Below, piece by piece: positions 51,824 through 61,321 of a DNA stretch of 64,000 nt; the first letter of the stretch is position 1; each line of letters starts with the position of its first letter. The position numbers and the translations under genes are program-made. The DNA comes from an uncultured Bacteroidota bacterium. Lineage in GTDB: Bacteria > Bacteroidota > Bacteroidia > Bacteroidales > GCA-2748055. The stretch covers positions 1,491-65,490 of the forward strand of contig CAVQUO010000024.1 of assembly GCA_963716765.1 (NCBI GenBank), in the 5' to 3' direction. The notes beneath the pieces are model-generated. The model did not search any database. It was given only the letters and a program-made list of their open reading frames with translations, and was not told the DNA's origin.

Positions 51824-53056
51824 ATGGAGAAATATGATGTCATTGTGGTGGGCGCTGGTCCCGCTGGCTTACTGGCGGCCGGAAGTGCTGCGGAAAAGGG
51901 TGCCCGGGTCCTTGTTCTGGAGAAGATGAGACAGCCGGGCAGGAAGCTCCTGATAACAGGGAAAGGACGATGTAATATTACCAATAGTGCAGAGCCTGCA
52001 GAATTTGTCAGCCACGTATATCCCAATGGTCGTTTTCTTCGCTCTGCCTTTGGACATTTTTTTTCCACTGATATTCTCGAACTGCTGCATCGATATGGTG
52101 TGGAGACTACCTGCGAAAGAGGTGGCCGTTACTTTCCCTCAAGTAATAAATCTGCAGATGTATTGTCAGCCTTGCTGATGTGGGTGGATGAATTGAAGGT
52201 TGAAATTAGATGTGGAGAGCGGGTAGAAAAACTGCTCATCGAAGATCAAGGCATGAAGGGAGTTCAGTCCAATGGAAGGGCGTTTTTAGCTGGCAAAGTT
52301 ATTCTGGCCACCGGAGGCAAATCCTATCCTGCCACCGGATCCAATGGAGATGGATATGAACTGGCCCGGACAGCCGGGCACTCTCTTACGCGGGTGCGAC
52401 CATCGCTGGTCCCCCTTGAAACGGTAGGAGGTATGGCTCAAAAACTACAGGGCCTCACCTTGAAAAATGTGACAGCAACGGTATGGATCGACGGCAAGAA
52501 AAGGGGAGAGGATTTTGGAGAGATGATTTTTACCCATTTCGGATTGTCGGGACCCATTATTCTCACCCTGAGTCGGATTGTGGTTGATGCTTTGTTTCAG
52601 AATAGTAAAGTTGAGATCTCCCTTGATCTGAAGTCTGCCCTGGATGATCAGAAGTTGGATGCCCGACTGCTGCGGGACCTGGATGAACTGGGAAAGAAAA
52701 GGTTATCCAATATATTTCGTGAATGGCTCCCGGCGTCGATGATCCCTGTTTTTATGGAGATCCTTGGACTCGATCAGGAAAAGGAAGGTCATCAACTATC
52801 ATCAAAGGAGCGAAAGAGCATTCGGAACCTGATGAAGGATTTCCGTTTTACGATTTCTGGTCACCGATCCTTCAAGGAGGCCATCATTACCGCAGGCGGT
52901 ATTCCTACAGATGAAATCTCACCCAAAACCATGGAGTCCAGGTTAGTGTCCGGGCTCTTTTTTGCAGGAGAAATGATCGATCTGGATGCCAAAACCGGAG
53001 GATATAACCTGCAAATTGCATACTCCACAGGTTGGCTGGCGGGAAAGTCAGTATAG
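51824..53056 (+). CDS. NAD(P)/FAD-dependent oxidoreductase, HI0933/BaiN-like flavoprotein family
   Basis: YDVIVVGAGPAGLLAAG (Rossmann), LATGGKSYPATGSNGDGY and the C-terminal FFAGEMIDLDAKTGGYNLQIAYSTGWLAG. Confidence 0.85.
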   Translation: MEKYDVIVVGAGPAGLLAAGSAAEKGARVLVLEKMRQPGRKLLITGKGRCNITNSAEPAEFVSHVYPNGRFLRSAFGHFFSTDILELLHRYGVETTCERGGRYFPSSNKSADVLSALLMWVDELKVEIRCGERVEKLLIEDQGMKGVQSNGRAFLAGKVILATGGKSYPATGSNGDGYELARTAGHSLTRVRPSLVPLETVGGMAQKLQGLTLKNVTATVWIDGKKRGEDFGEMIFTHFGLSGPIILTLSRIVVDALFQNSKVEISLDLKSALDDQKLDARLLRDLDELGKKRLSNIFREWLPASMIPVFMEILGLDQEKEGHQLSSKERKSIRNLMKDFRFTISGHRSFKEAIITAGGIPTDEISPKTMESRLVSGLFFAGEMIDLDAKTGGYNLQIAYSTGWLAGKSV

Positions 53057-53069
53057 AATGACGCCAATC

Positions 53070-53448
53070 TCAGGCTTGAGGAGATAAAAATGAGCGCAGA
53101 CCCTTGTCCAGGTCAGCTAGAAACTGATGTATCTCTTCCACAAAAATTTCCTGCTTCTTTTCCCGGTTGATGGAGATGGACCACCAGTTTATCCCTGGCA
53201 GGAGGATAGCCCCAGGTGATGGTCCAGGCCAGGGCATTGGGACAATCCAGCATTGAAAACCTAAGCCCGCCCATGATCTTGTCTCGCCGGAGTGTGAAAT
53301 CTCCCCACATTCCACCTATGGTGCATAACTCATCTCCCGCATCAAGGGGAAAGATACTTTCACAGAAATATTCAAGATTTTTCAGGGTAAGCTTTTCCTT
53401 GATCTCCTTCTCACTTGCCTGAACATTGACTATTTTAAAAAATTCCAT
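53070..53448 (-). CDS. Small cytoplasmic protein, unknown function, one frameshift about 53180-53195
   Basis: ORF 53113..53448 (MEFFKIVNVQ...TITWGYPPARDKLV) continues more plausibly in frame 53070..53315 (SISINREKKQEIFVEEIHQFLADLDKGL). Confidence 0.45.
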
Positions 53449-53486
53449 TCACAAAAATAGGATTCCAGGACAACAATGAAGAATTT

Positions 53487-53630
53487 CTAGTATGTTGCTT
53501 TTGCTGCTATTTCACTGTCCGGTTTTTTGTTCAAATCTTCAGTGACTAAGTCAAACAGGGCTGTCAATACAAGGAAGAGTCCGACAGCACCTCCAAGTAT
53601 AATCGACACTGCAAGGCTTGTGTAGATCAT
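53487..53630 (-). CDS. 47-aa single-TM microprotein, translationally coupled to the upstream methyltransferase
   Basis: The ATG overlaps the methyltransferase stop (TAATG at 53628-53632). The sequence is MIYTSLAVSIILGGAVGLFLVLTALFDLV..., one hydrophobic helix. Confidence 0.5.
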   Translation of the reverse strand: MIYTSLAVSIILGGAVGLFLVLTALFDLVTEDLNKKPDSEIAAKATY

Positions 53631-54691
53631 TATTTGATGGCTATAACCGCACTTGAGGGACCGGTTAAACTCATGGTTGATGTTTCCCCAAAACCGGCAT
53701 CCCATGCCCACTTTTCAAAATCGGAAGCTGTAAAGTCATATCCTTCAGTAGTTTCGATTAACATATTCAGAGACATCATTAAACCAAAAGCATTTTCGCG
53801 TCTTTCATTGTCAATGATATTCTCGATAACAACCAGGGCTCCTCCTTCGGGAAGTGCATCATATGCTTTCTTTATTAGTAATTTTTTATCATCTGTACCC
53901 CAATCGTGCAAAATATTTCCCATGCATATTATATCTGCTTTTGGGAATACATCCGTAAAAAAGTTCCCTGAAACAATTTTAACCCTGTCGGCTACGCCCA
54001 TTTTACTTACATTCTCATAAGCGATAGGACTTACTGGTGGAAGATCAAAGGAGATGCAGTTCATATGTGGGTTGTGAATTGCGATTTGGGCAGATAAAAG
54101 TGCTCCTGCTCCGCCGATATCACACATACTATTGTAATCGGAAAAGTCAAATTGTGTTGCAAACGTGATAAAATTTCCTGCCTGAGCTCCACCCATGGCA
54201 TTGACAAATTCACGGGTCTTATCTGTATCTGAATAGATTTTTTCGAAAAGGGATGATTCACCAGTTCTGATCTCATTTTGAGGCGTGCCCCTTTTTAACG
54301 CTTCCTCGAGGAAATTCCAGAAGGGATAAAGGCGATTGTTGGCCATTTCCAATAATCCTCCCATGTAAGAGGCCTTGTTTTTGTCCAGAAAGAAATCAGC
54401 ATCTTCAGCATTGGAATACACTGCAGTTTCTTTATTCCCTTTCTTTTTCAAAAATCCCAGTGCCACAAGGGAGTCTAAAAAGTCATACAGCCCTCTGCTA
54501 TTTAAACATAGTTGCAGTTTAACTTCCTTCCCGGTTAAGGGTTTAACTGCCAAATGAGTAAAAAGTTCCATCTTAACAGCTGTCAATAATATTTTAGAAG
54601 CCCAGAAACCCATGCCAATCTGCATGATATTTGAAGGATCAACCTTTTTCCCAGTCTTAACTTTTTGCTCTGTTGTATTTCCCATGACCAA
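53630..54691 (-). CDS. Class I SAM-dependent O-methyltransferase (Methyltransf_2 / plant-type OMT fold with dimerisation domain)
   Basis: Intact 353 aa. N-terminal winged-helix/dimerisation part (GFWASKILLTAVKMELFTHL), SAM motif I CDIGGAGALLSAQIA, and FDLPPV...GNFF...MGNILHDW. Confidence 0.8.
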   Translation of the reverse strand: MVMGNTTEQKVKTGKKVDPSNIMQIGMGFWASKILLTAVKMELFTHLAVKPLTGKEVKLQLCLNSRGLYDFLDSLVALGFLKKKGNKETAVYSNAEDADFFLDKNKASYMGGLLEMANNRLYPFWNFLEEALKRGTPQNEIRTGESSLFEKIYSDTDKTREFVNAMGGAQAGNFITFATQFDFSDYNSMCDIGGAGALLSAQIAIHNPHMNCISFDLPPVSPIAYENVSKMGVADRVKIVSGNFFTDVFPKADIICMGNILHDWGTDDKKLLIKKAYDALPEGGALVVIENIIDNERRENAFGLMMSLNMLIETTEGYDFTASDFEKWAWDAGFGETSTMSLTGPSSAVIAIK

Positions 54692-54852
54692 ATGAATTTG
54701 TGCATAGGAAAAATACGATCATTATTTGGAATGAATTAAAATAGAGGAATGATTAACATCTATTTAACTGCAGATGATATTTATAGTTTACAGCTACAGC
54801 TACACCCATGGCAATCAAGGCAATAGTGCTGGTGATGAAGAAGAGGGGGAGG

Positions 54853-55569
54853 CTATTGTGTATAGCCGTCATCAATCCACTTTTGCAGCAGAGAAATATC
54901 GCAATCGGATAATGGTTTGGTGGTCGGCATATTGGCAAATCCGGGATCCCATCTGACAGAACCCATTAAGCTGCCATTTTTGGCCAGTGCGACCAGGTCA
55001 TCAAAACCTTCGATAACAATCCCCCCACCGGGAAAGCTTGAATTATGACAGCCTTTGCAATTCTTCTCCATTATGGGCCAGATTACCTGGGCAAAAGACG
55101 CATTCGAGGAGGCACATCCTTCCTGGCATTCATTGTTCTTCGCGCCTTGTTTGATCCATTTCTCAAGCATCTGGATTTGAGTGAGGGAAAGTGGATCCAG
55201 AGGAGGAGGAGGCATCAGGTCTTCATCATTGTTTGTTAGACTCTCAAAAAACTCACTGTCTCCAGGTTTTCCGGGTTTAATTTTACCCGTTTTTATGATG
55301 GAGCTATAGTCTGTCAGTATGATACCGTCCCTGTGAGACTTTTTATCATGGCATCCTGTAGTTGCACATGAGGAAACTACCAGAGGAAGGATGGTATTCT
55401 GAAAGTATACCGTATCCGGATCACAATTTGACTGTAGCTCCGATTCCGGATTGGAACTATCGTCAATAAAAACATCATTCTTTATCTGATAATTTGTGCA
55501 TGAAGCAATTACAAGTACTATGAAGGTAAAGGCCACTACAGGTGCTTCGCTGAATCTGACTTTTCGCAT
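54853..55569 (-). CDS. Lipoprotein with two cytochrome-c-like Cys/His motifs (PSCyt-like domains)
   Basis: Lipobox LVIASCTN, ILPLVVSSCATTGCHD and VIWPIMEKNCKGCHNS (CxxCH). This is the pattern of planctomycete-type cytochrome c domains. Confidence 0.6.
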   Translation of the reverse strand: MRKVRFSEAPVVAFTFIVLVIASCTNYQIKNDVFIDDSSNPESELQSNCDPDTVYFQNTILPLVVSSCATTGCHDKKSHRDGIILTDYSSIIKTGKIKPGKPGDSEFFESLTNNDEDLMPPPPLDPLSLTQIQMLEKWIKQGAKNNECQEGCASSNASFAQVIWPIMEKNCKGCHNSSFPGGGIVIEGFDDLVALAKNGSLMGSVRWDPGFANMPTTKPLSDCDISLLQKWIDDGYTQ

Positions 55570-55723
55570 GGGGATTTGTTTTAACTGTTATGGTGTATTC
55601 CTGTTTGTCAATTAAACGCCATCTGTTGAATTCAAGTTGTTGGAAATTTGGCTTTTCAGGGCTGATTAGAATTTGTCTAAATAATACCTGCTACCTTTGT
55701 ATTGGAATCAAGAAGATTTGTAT

Positions 55724-56208
55724 ATGCTGATTGTCATTGATCTTGACTTTACTATATGGGATGCGGAGGCAGCTGGTGTGATCAGACCACACCTCCATTC
55801 AGACTGGTTGAGGAAATCATCAAGGATGCTGAAGGGAGCGTCATATCTCTCTATCCGGAGGTGTTGGATATCCTCGGACTTTTATCACAGAAAGGGGTTC
55901 CGCTGGCAGTGGCATCCAGAACCTACAGTCCGGAAATTGCAAGAGAATTAATGGATCTCTTCGGGATCCGGGCTTATTTTCAGTACGAGGAAATCTATCC
56001 AAGCAGTAAGGTGAAGCATTTTGAGTCGCTACGCAAAAGGACCTGCATTCACTACCCGGAGATGTATTTCTTTGATGATGAGCCCAGGAATGTTGCCGAA
56101 GTAGGTAGTCTGGGAGTAAATGCTTTCCTTGTTAAATCAGGATTAAATTGGGGGGAAGTAGAAAAGGTCCCCGGTCTTTCCCGCATTTTACCAAAAAAGG
56201 AAAGCTGA
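55724..56208 (+). CDS. HAD-superfamily phosphatase, magnesium-dependent phosphatase-1 (MDP-1)-like, one frameshift about 55765
   Basis: MLIVIDLDFTIWDA (DxDxT) / GGSWCDQTTPPF...LAVASRT...FFDDEPRN. The junction is consistent with loss of one G in a G-run (GCGGGA to GCGGA). Confidence 0.7.
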
Positions 56209-56213
56209 CATCA

Positions 56214-56672
56214 CTATAAGGCCTGAAGAACCTTCTTAAGTTGCTTGGTTACATTATTAGAATAGGTGGTGATATTTTCATTCTTAGCGAGCGATATAAT
56301 CACTGTTGGATTCATCATTACTACCTCGGATTTCTCTTCAGCAAGATATTTGACAATGATCTTGCAGGGAAGAAGCAAGCCAACATTCTCTTCCATCTTC
56401 AACATTTCATTGGCATATTTAGCATTACATGCGCCTATTACGATGTAAGGATCCATATCTGAACCAGGAATTTTTGCGTTTATGGTCTCATGCATGGCTG
56501 TTTCAGAAACGACACCAAAGCCCTCTTCCTTTAAGGCAACTTTAAGATTTTCGATGGCTGTTTCGTAGGATACATCCAATGTCTTTGAAAAATAGTACGA
56601 CTGATCCTGGGCATTTGCACCAAGGATAGAAATAGATAATAATAGTGCAGTAATAAATATTCTTGTTTTCAT
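56214..56672 (-). CDS. DUF302-domain exported protein
   Basis: 152 aa with a signal peptide, FGVVSETAMHETINAK and LLPCKIIVY-like (LLLPCKIIVKY), typical DUF302. Confidence 0.7.
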   Translation of the reverse strand: MKTRIFITALLLSISILGANAQDQSYYFSKTLDVSYETAIENLKVALKEEGFGVVSETAMHETINAKIPGSDMDPYIVIGACNAKYANEMLKMEENVGLLLPCKIIVKYLAEEKSEVVMMNPTVIISLAKNENITTYSNNVTKQLKKVLQAL

Positions 56673-56820
56673 TTTTATCGAGATTTAATTTTTTTATTCA
56701 TATGGCAGGTACAACAACGAAAAAGACATCTTGTTCGGCAATTATATAATAGGGAAGTATAGAAATACGTACCTTGCTATGGTATACACATTTTTATTAA
56801 ATCAGCCTAAGTTCAATTCT

Positions 56821-57513
56821 ATGAAAAGCAGACTAATTATCCTTTTGATTGCACTCGCATTTTACTCCTGTAATTCTGAGCAAGAAGCACAGAGTCTTTT
56901 TAACGGAACAGATTTGTCGGGATGGCATGTGGATGTTCCTGCCATGGACTCCAATCCTGACACCCTCAATCCTTTCATTGTGCGGGATGGAATGCTGGTT
57001 AGCCTGGGAACACCGGGCGGCCATTTAATCACTGATGATGAATTTCAAAATTACAGTTTGTATATAGAATATCGTTTTGCCGGAGAACCGGGAAATTGTG
57101 GGGTATTGGTCCATGCAAGTACGCCTCGGGCACTTTACAAAATGTTTCCGAAATCAATGGAGGTGCAGATGCAACATACTCATGCTGGTGATTTCTGGTG
57201 TATAGTTGAAGATATTACGGTTCCTGATATGGAAAGTCGGCGTGGTCCTCAAGAAAACTGGGGCATCACCGAAGGGAAAGGCCGGAATATAAAGAATCTG
57301 ACTGACGATTCCGAGAAGCCAGTTGGCGAGTGGAATACCATGCTTATTGAGGCTGTAGGCGGTGAGATTAAGGTGTGGGTAAACGGAGTTGTGGTAAATC
57401 ATGGCTTTGAATGTACTGCCGAAAAGGGGCAGATTGCTTTACAGGCAGAGGGCTCGGAAGTTGAATTCAGAAAGATTGAACTCAAAGCAATTACAGAGAT
57501 TACGGAGATATAA
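56821..57513 (+). CDS. DUF1080 (3-keto-disaccharide hydrolase-like) lipoprotein
   Basis: Lipobox LAFYSCNS, LFNGTDLSGW, FQNYSLYIEYRF, NCGVLVH and IALQAEGSEVEFRKIEL. Start chosen at the Met at 56821. Confidence 0.75.
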   Translation: MKSRLIILLIALAFYSCNSEQEAQSLFNGTDLSGWHVDVPAMDSNPDTLNPFIVRDGMLVSLGTPGGHLITDDEFQNYSLYIEYRFAGEPGNCGVLVHASTPRALYKMFPKSMEVQMQHTHAGDFWCIVEDITVPDMESRRGPQENWGITEGKGRNIKNLTDDSEKPVGEWNTMLIEAVGGEIKVWVNGVVVNHGFECTAEKGQIALQAEGSEVEFRKIELKAITEITEI

Positions 57514-57532
57514 GGTAAGCCTATACTGTGTT

Positions 57533-58759
57533 TCAATATACCCTTACCATCACTGCACCATGCGATGGGACCTCGGCGGAGTAGGAGCCGTCAAATATGC
57601 CCATCTCCTTTTTTTGCCATAAATCACGGACATGTAATTTCATATTTTGAAGCATCCCCACTTCAAACCACTCAAATCCGATTTCCTGATTAGTTTCAGA
57701 ACGGTTAAAGAGCAGGACAGCGCGGCTGCCATCCTGTAGTTCCTTACTCCAGACCTCTAAGTCTCCGTCATCACGGATTTTTTTTCCCTGCCTTCCGAGG
57801 GGATCCTGGTTTACAGCAATTACTTCTTTATTGGTAATAATTTCAAGTACTTCATCCGACATAGATCGTATATCATTCCCCAGCATCAAAGGGGCTGCCA
57901 GGATACACCAGAGACTAAAGTGTGCAACATTCTCATCGTAAGTCAGTTCTCCATTGCCCACTTCAAGCATGTCCGGATCATTCCAATGTCCGGGTCCCGA
58001 ATAAGCTTCCAGTCCAACCTGTTGGTCCAGAATTTTGGTGAAGCCAAGAAAGTTTTCAATCTGCACTCCACGGGAATGACCTTTTACTCCACAGTCCCAG
58101 CAAGGACGGATATCAAAGGTTGTTCGCCATAGATTTCCTACCCCCGGGGCCCAGGTCCAGGGTTGTGAAGTTCCCCATTCACAAATACTGAATACAATCG
58201 GACGTCCAGCCTTGACCAGGGCATCCTTCATGAGTTTATAACTGTCAGGGGCATTCTGGCTCCCCGGTGTTACACCAATCGTACTTCAGATAATCCACAC
58301 CCCAGCTGGCATAAGTCCGTGCATCCTGGTATTCATAGCCAAGACTCCCGGGGAACCCCCCGCAGGTAAGGTATCCGGCATCAGAATAAATCCCGAATTT
58401 TAAACCTTTGGAATGGACATAATCCGCTGTTGCTTTTATTCCAGATGGGGAATTTTTCCTGGTTTGCAATAATATTTCCCTGCTCATCCCGGTCAATCTG
58501 CCAGCCGTCATCCATGACGATGTATTCATAACCGGCATCCTTCAAGTCCTTTTTCAAGGAATAGATCAGCGATTTCCCTTACAAGTTCTTCATGGATATT
58601 TAAACGAAAGGTATTCCAGCTGTTCCATCCCATGGGAGGCGTGAGTGCCAGTCCGTCAAAACCCGGTTGTGAGAAAATAGTCAAAGTGTTTGACACAATC
58701 AGGATAAGGATTATGACAGATCTTTTCATGGCGTATTTCTTGTTTTTATTGTGCCCCAT
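57533..58759 (-). CDS. GH27 alpha-galactosidase, about three frameshifts (about 58238, 58450-58480, 58530)
   Basis: [14 protein letters not shown], ([14 protein letters not shown] in a third frame), [31 protein letters not shown] and [10 protein letters not shown]. Confidence 0.88.
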
Positions 58760-59149
58760 CCTATGATTGAAACCTGATTATTTTGGTGCGAATTTTTTGG
58801 AATCGAGCTAACGAAGACACTTAAATCTTTTTTCTTGACTTATGGAAACAGGTTTTATCTCAGGGAAACATGACCTGATCCAGCGTTAACACAAATATAG
58901 TGATTGTGATGGAATAGGTTTGGGGGGGGTATTAATACGATCAATGCGACAATCACCACAAAACTAATATAGCTTGCAATCCTCCAGGAATTCGATGTAA
59001 CAGTCTCCCGCCTTATTAGATTCTTTGAACGGTTTGGTTTTTCAATACCTTTGGTAGATCAAAAATTCATGAGAAAATGATGGCCAGTGGCAAACCTGTG
59101 GCCAGAATCGGGATAGCTTGTTGGGATCACATGGCATTCGATCCAGAAG

Positions 59150-59189
59150 TTGCTTATATGCAATTTACCAACTAATAGTATATGAGTCA
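59150..59189. repeat. Left copy of a 40-bp perfect direct repeat
   Basis: TTGCTTATATGCAATTTACCAACTAATAGTATATGAGTCA is identical to 60759-60798. Imperfect similarity extends a few nt on both sides. Confidence 0.95.
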
Positions 59190-59213
59190 TTAATATGCAA
59201 ATGAGTTGAAGCC

Positions 59214-59372
59214 TTACTCTTCTTTGGATTTCTTGTTCGATTGAAACCTCCAATATATGATTGAAGCGATGATAAATGCTATGGAAAGGTACATGAGGAT
59301 TGGGACAAATAACAACAGGGATATTATGAAGAATATAATCCCAACGATATTGAGTATTTGAGCAGTTGACAT
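59214..59372 (-). CDS. 52-aa hydrophobic microprotein (below the ORF-track length cut-off)
   Basis: Hand translation gives MSTAQILNIVGIIFFIISLLLFVPILMYLSIAFIIASIIYWRFQSNKKSKEE, two predicted TM helices plus a basic tail. It is co-directional with the neighbouring genes. Confidence 0.4.
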   Translation of the reverse strand: MSTAQILNIVGIIFFIISLLLFVPILMYLSIAFIIASIIYWRFQSNKKSKEE

Positions 59373-59412
59373 ACTCCTAAGTTTTGCCCCATCCTTTTGT
59401 ATCCTGTGAATA

Positions 59413-59850
59413 TTATATTGGCCTTTTTTTGGGAAAAATCTCGATCTGAACTTTGCCTTCGTGGACCTCTATGGTGACTTCCTGACCATTCTCCCAATTA
59501 TAGGTCATCTCCTTCTTTTCTCCAAGATCAAGTTCAGTGGTCCTGTATTTTACAGGGCCTATTTTCTCATCCGGGAGCGGGGTGCCATTTTCTGCTACAT
59601 GAAAAATGATTTTAGCGGGAGCATCAGATAGGTTGGTATAGTTCACTACCGAGTGAACCTCATAGTCAATGAAAAAAACAACTTTGGTCCCGGCCCCAAA
59701 TGTTTCACTTACGGGAAGGGAGCGCTCTGCAAGGACCCATGATACATCTTGTCCAAAGGCTGTAAAGACAACAAATATTCCAAGGCCGAAGAATATGGTT
59801 TTCATTTTTAAGAAGCTTTGCTTTAATGCAATCAACTTTAAATCTATCAA
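59413..59850 (-). CDS. Small exported protein, unknown function
   Basis: The likely start is the Met at 59805 (MKTIFFGLGIFVVFTAFGQD, signal peptide). Beta-rich, with no motif recognised. Confidence 0.55.
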   Translation of the reverse strand: MIDLKLIALKQSFLKMKTIFFGLGIFVVFTAFGQDVSWVLAERSLPVSETFGAGTKVVFFIDYEVHSVVNYTNLSDAPAKIIFHVAENGTPLPDEKIGPVKYRTTELDLGEKKEMTYNWENGQEVTIEVHEGKVQIEIFPKKRPI

Positions 59851-59897
59851 TTATGAAATCGGCTTTTTTTACAAGAACACTTCTGGTAGTTGGAGTA

Positions 59898-60729
59898 TTA
59901 ATTTTTCAGAACTTTAAATGACATCTTAGCCTGTGATCCAAGCTGAATGTAATACATTCCATTTCCCAGTTGATTAATGTCAACCGTGGTAGTCATAGAG
60001 CTAATTATTCCTGTCAGAACTTGTCTGCCTGCCTGGTCTATTACGTAATAAGAGGAGCCAAGAATGCTGTTGTCCCCATCAATAATTACAAAGTCACTTG
60101 CAGGATTTGGATAAACGGAAATTTTCGGTCCATTATCTGAAATGATCTGTTATGCTGGTAATAAACTCATTGATGCTTAGAATTGAAGCCATAATTGTGT
60201 CACCGCTTGTTCTGCCATCCCCGTTAGCTATGTTAAATACACCGTAAAAATTAACCTCTCCTGAACCTTCAGCAGGCGCGGTCCAGTCAAATGTCCAGGA
60301 TATAGAATCGCTGCCAGCCGTTCCTGAAGAAGACTGGGAAATGTAATTTGGATCTGAGGCCAATTTGGTATTTGTGCCTGTATTGACCAAAGTTCCCAAA
60401 AAGTTCCCAATACTATCTTGTGGGGAAATCTGAAAGCCAAATATGGTGTGACCCACACTTTTTGCTTTGGCTGTTATTGTGTAGGTTGACTCAGGGACAT
60501 ATCCACTTATCGGAATGTTAGAGGTGATCCACCCTGTTTGGCTTTGAACTTCCGGGCCTGAATGGCAGCTCGTACAGTTTTTGTTACCACCTGCTGGATC
60601 TCCAGAGTGTCCTGCTGGTGGTCCGCCGGAATACAAAATCGAAAAATTATTTTCATTCTCACCAAATGTAAATGCCATTATACCGATTGCAGTGACAATA
60701 ACTGTTAAAGTAAAGGTTGCCGTTTTCAT
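59898..60729 (-). CDS. Exported CxxCH-motif protein with a T9SS C-terminal sorting domain, one frameshift about 60130
   Basis: Signal peptide, GGPPAGHSGDPAGGNKNCTSCHSG and WTFDWTAPAEGSGEVNFY. The CTD is in another frame (ISVYPNPASDFVIIDG...GMYYIQLGSQAKMSFKVLKN, stop at 59898). Confidence 0.7.
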
Positions 60730-60758
60730 GGAAATTCATTTTTTGGTTAGAACAGAAC

Positions 60759-60798
60759 TTGCTTATATGCAATTTACCAACTAATAGTATATGAGTCA
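60759..60798. repeat. Right copy of the 40-bp perfect direct repeat
   Basis: Identical to 59150-59189. It lies 30 nt upstream of the 60729 start codon and 25 nt from the 3' end of tRNA-Thr. Confidence 0.95.
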
Positions 60799-60823
60799 AA
60801 TAGGACTGCAAATACTTTAATGA

Positions 60824-60899
60824 TGGAGCCTCTCAGGGGACTCGAACCCCCGACCTGCTCATTACGAATGAGCTGCTCTACCAGCTGAGCTAAAGAGGC
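60824..60899 (-). tRNA. tRNA-Thr (anticodon CGU), CCA encoded
   Basis: The reverse complement is GCCTCTTTAGCTCAGCTGGTAGAGCAGCTCATTCGTAATGAGCAGGTCGGGGGTTCGAGTCCCCTGAGAGGCTCCA. It forms a 7-bp acceptor stem, D and T arms (GGTTCGAGT) and anticodon loop TTCGTAA. Confidence 0.93.
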
Positions 60900-60921
60900 G
60901 GGATTTTGCTGCGTTTTCTAA

Positions 60922-61314
60922 TTATTCAAGGTACTTTTTCGTAAACCAATCCGGAATGGCCAGCGGTCGACCTGTATTCTCATTAAAAATAACCATTCTT
61001 GTGGACCCTTCCGCATATATTAATCCGCTTTCCTCATTCTTAAAAAGATAGAGTATGTCGCAGGATGTTGGTCTGACCGGAGCGAAACTCACATCACATA
61101 CAAGCTTATCGTTTAGCTTTACAGGTCTGTTATATTTGCAGTGAGCTTCAGCCACAACAAATTGTACTCCTTCAGCGTGGTAGATAATCATTTCATCCAT
61201 GAGCACAACTGATCTTGCATTTTCCATATATGTGAAATAAACAGCATTATTCACATGATGGTTCATGTCGATATCTTTGAAACGTATCTGAATGGGAATG
61301 CTTTGATGTGTCAT
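60922..61314 (-). CDS. Acyl-CoA thioesterase, 4HBT/YbgC-like hotdog fold
   Basis: 130 aa with IQIRFKDIDMNHHVNNAVYFTYMENAR, matching the YbgC/FadM-type catalytic Asp region. Confidence 0.8.
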   Translation of the reverse strand: MTHQSIPIQIRFKDIDMNHHVNNAVYFTYMENARSVVLMDEMIIYHAEGVQFVVAEAHCKYNRPVKLNDKLVCDVSFAPVRPTSCDILYLFKNEESGLIYAEGSTRMVIFNENTGRPLAIPDWFTKKYLE

Positions 61315-61321
61315 GAGAATC

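Noticed and set aside
37390-58759. The glycoside hydrolases GH2, GH9 and GH27 could form a polysaccharide utilisation locus.
   Set aside because: No SusC/SusD-like pair or hybrid two-component regulator is present. The GH genes are dispersed among unrelated genes on both strands.
58921-58928. The G8 homopolymer could be a phase-variation switch.
   Set aside because: It is neither within a coding region nor at promoter spacing relative to a gene start. In a sequence with evident homopolymer errors its length is unreliable.
59059-59253. The 64-aa ORF spans the left repeat copy, and short plus-strand ORFs end in AYMQFTN-stop inside both repeat copies.
   Set aside because: There are no start context, motifs or conservation signals. 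The shared peptide ending is simply a consequence of the repeated DNA.
59150-60798. The repeat-bounded module could be an IS element, MITE or prophage remnant.
   Set aside because: The repeats are direct, not inverted. No transposase, integrase or phage gene is present, and the cargo is three ordinary-looking exported or membrane proteins. It is kept only as an open question in the findings.
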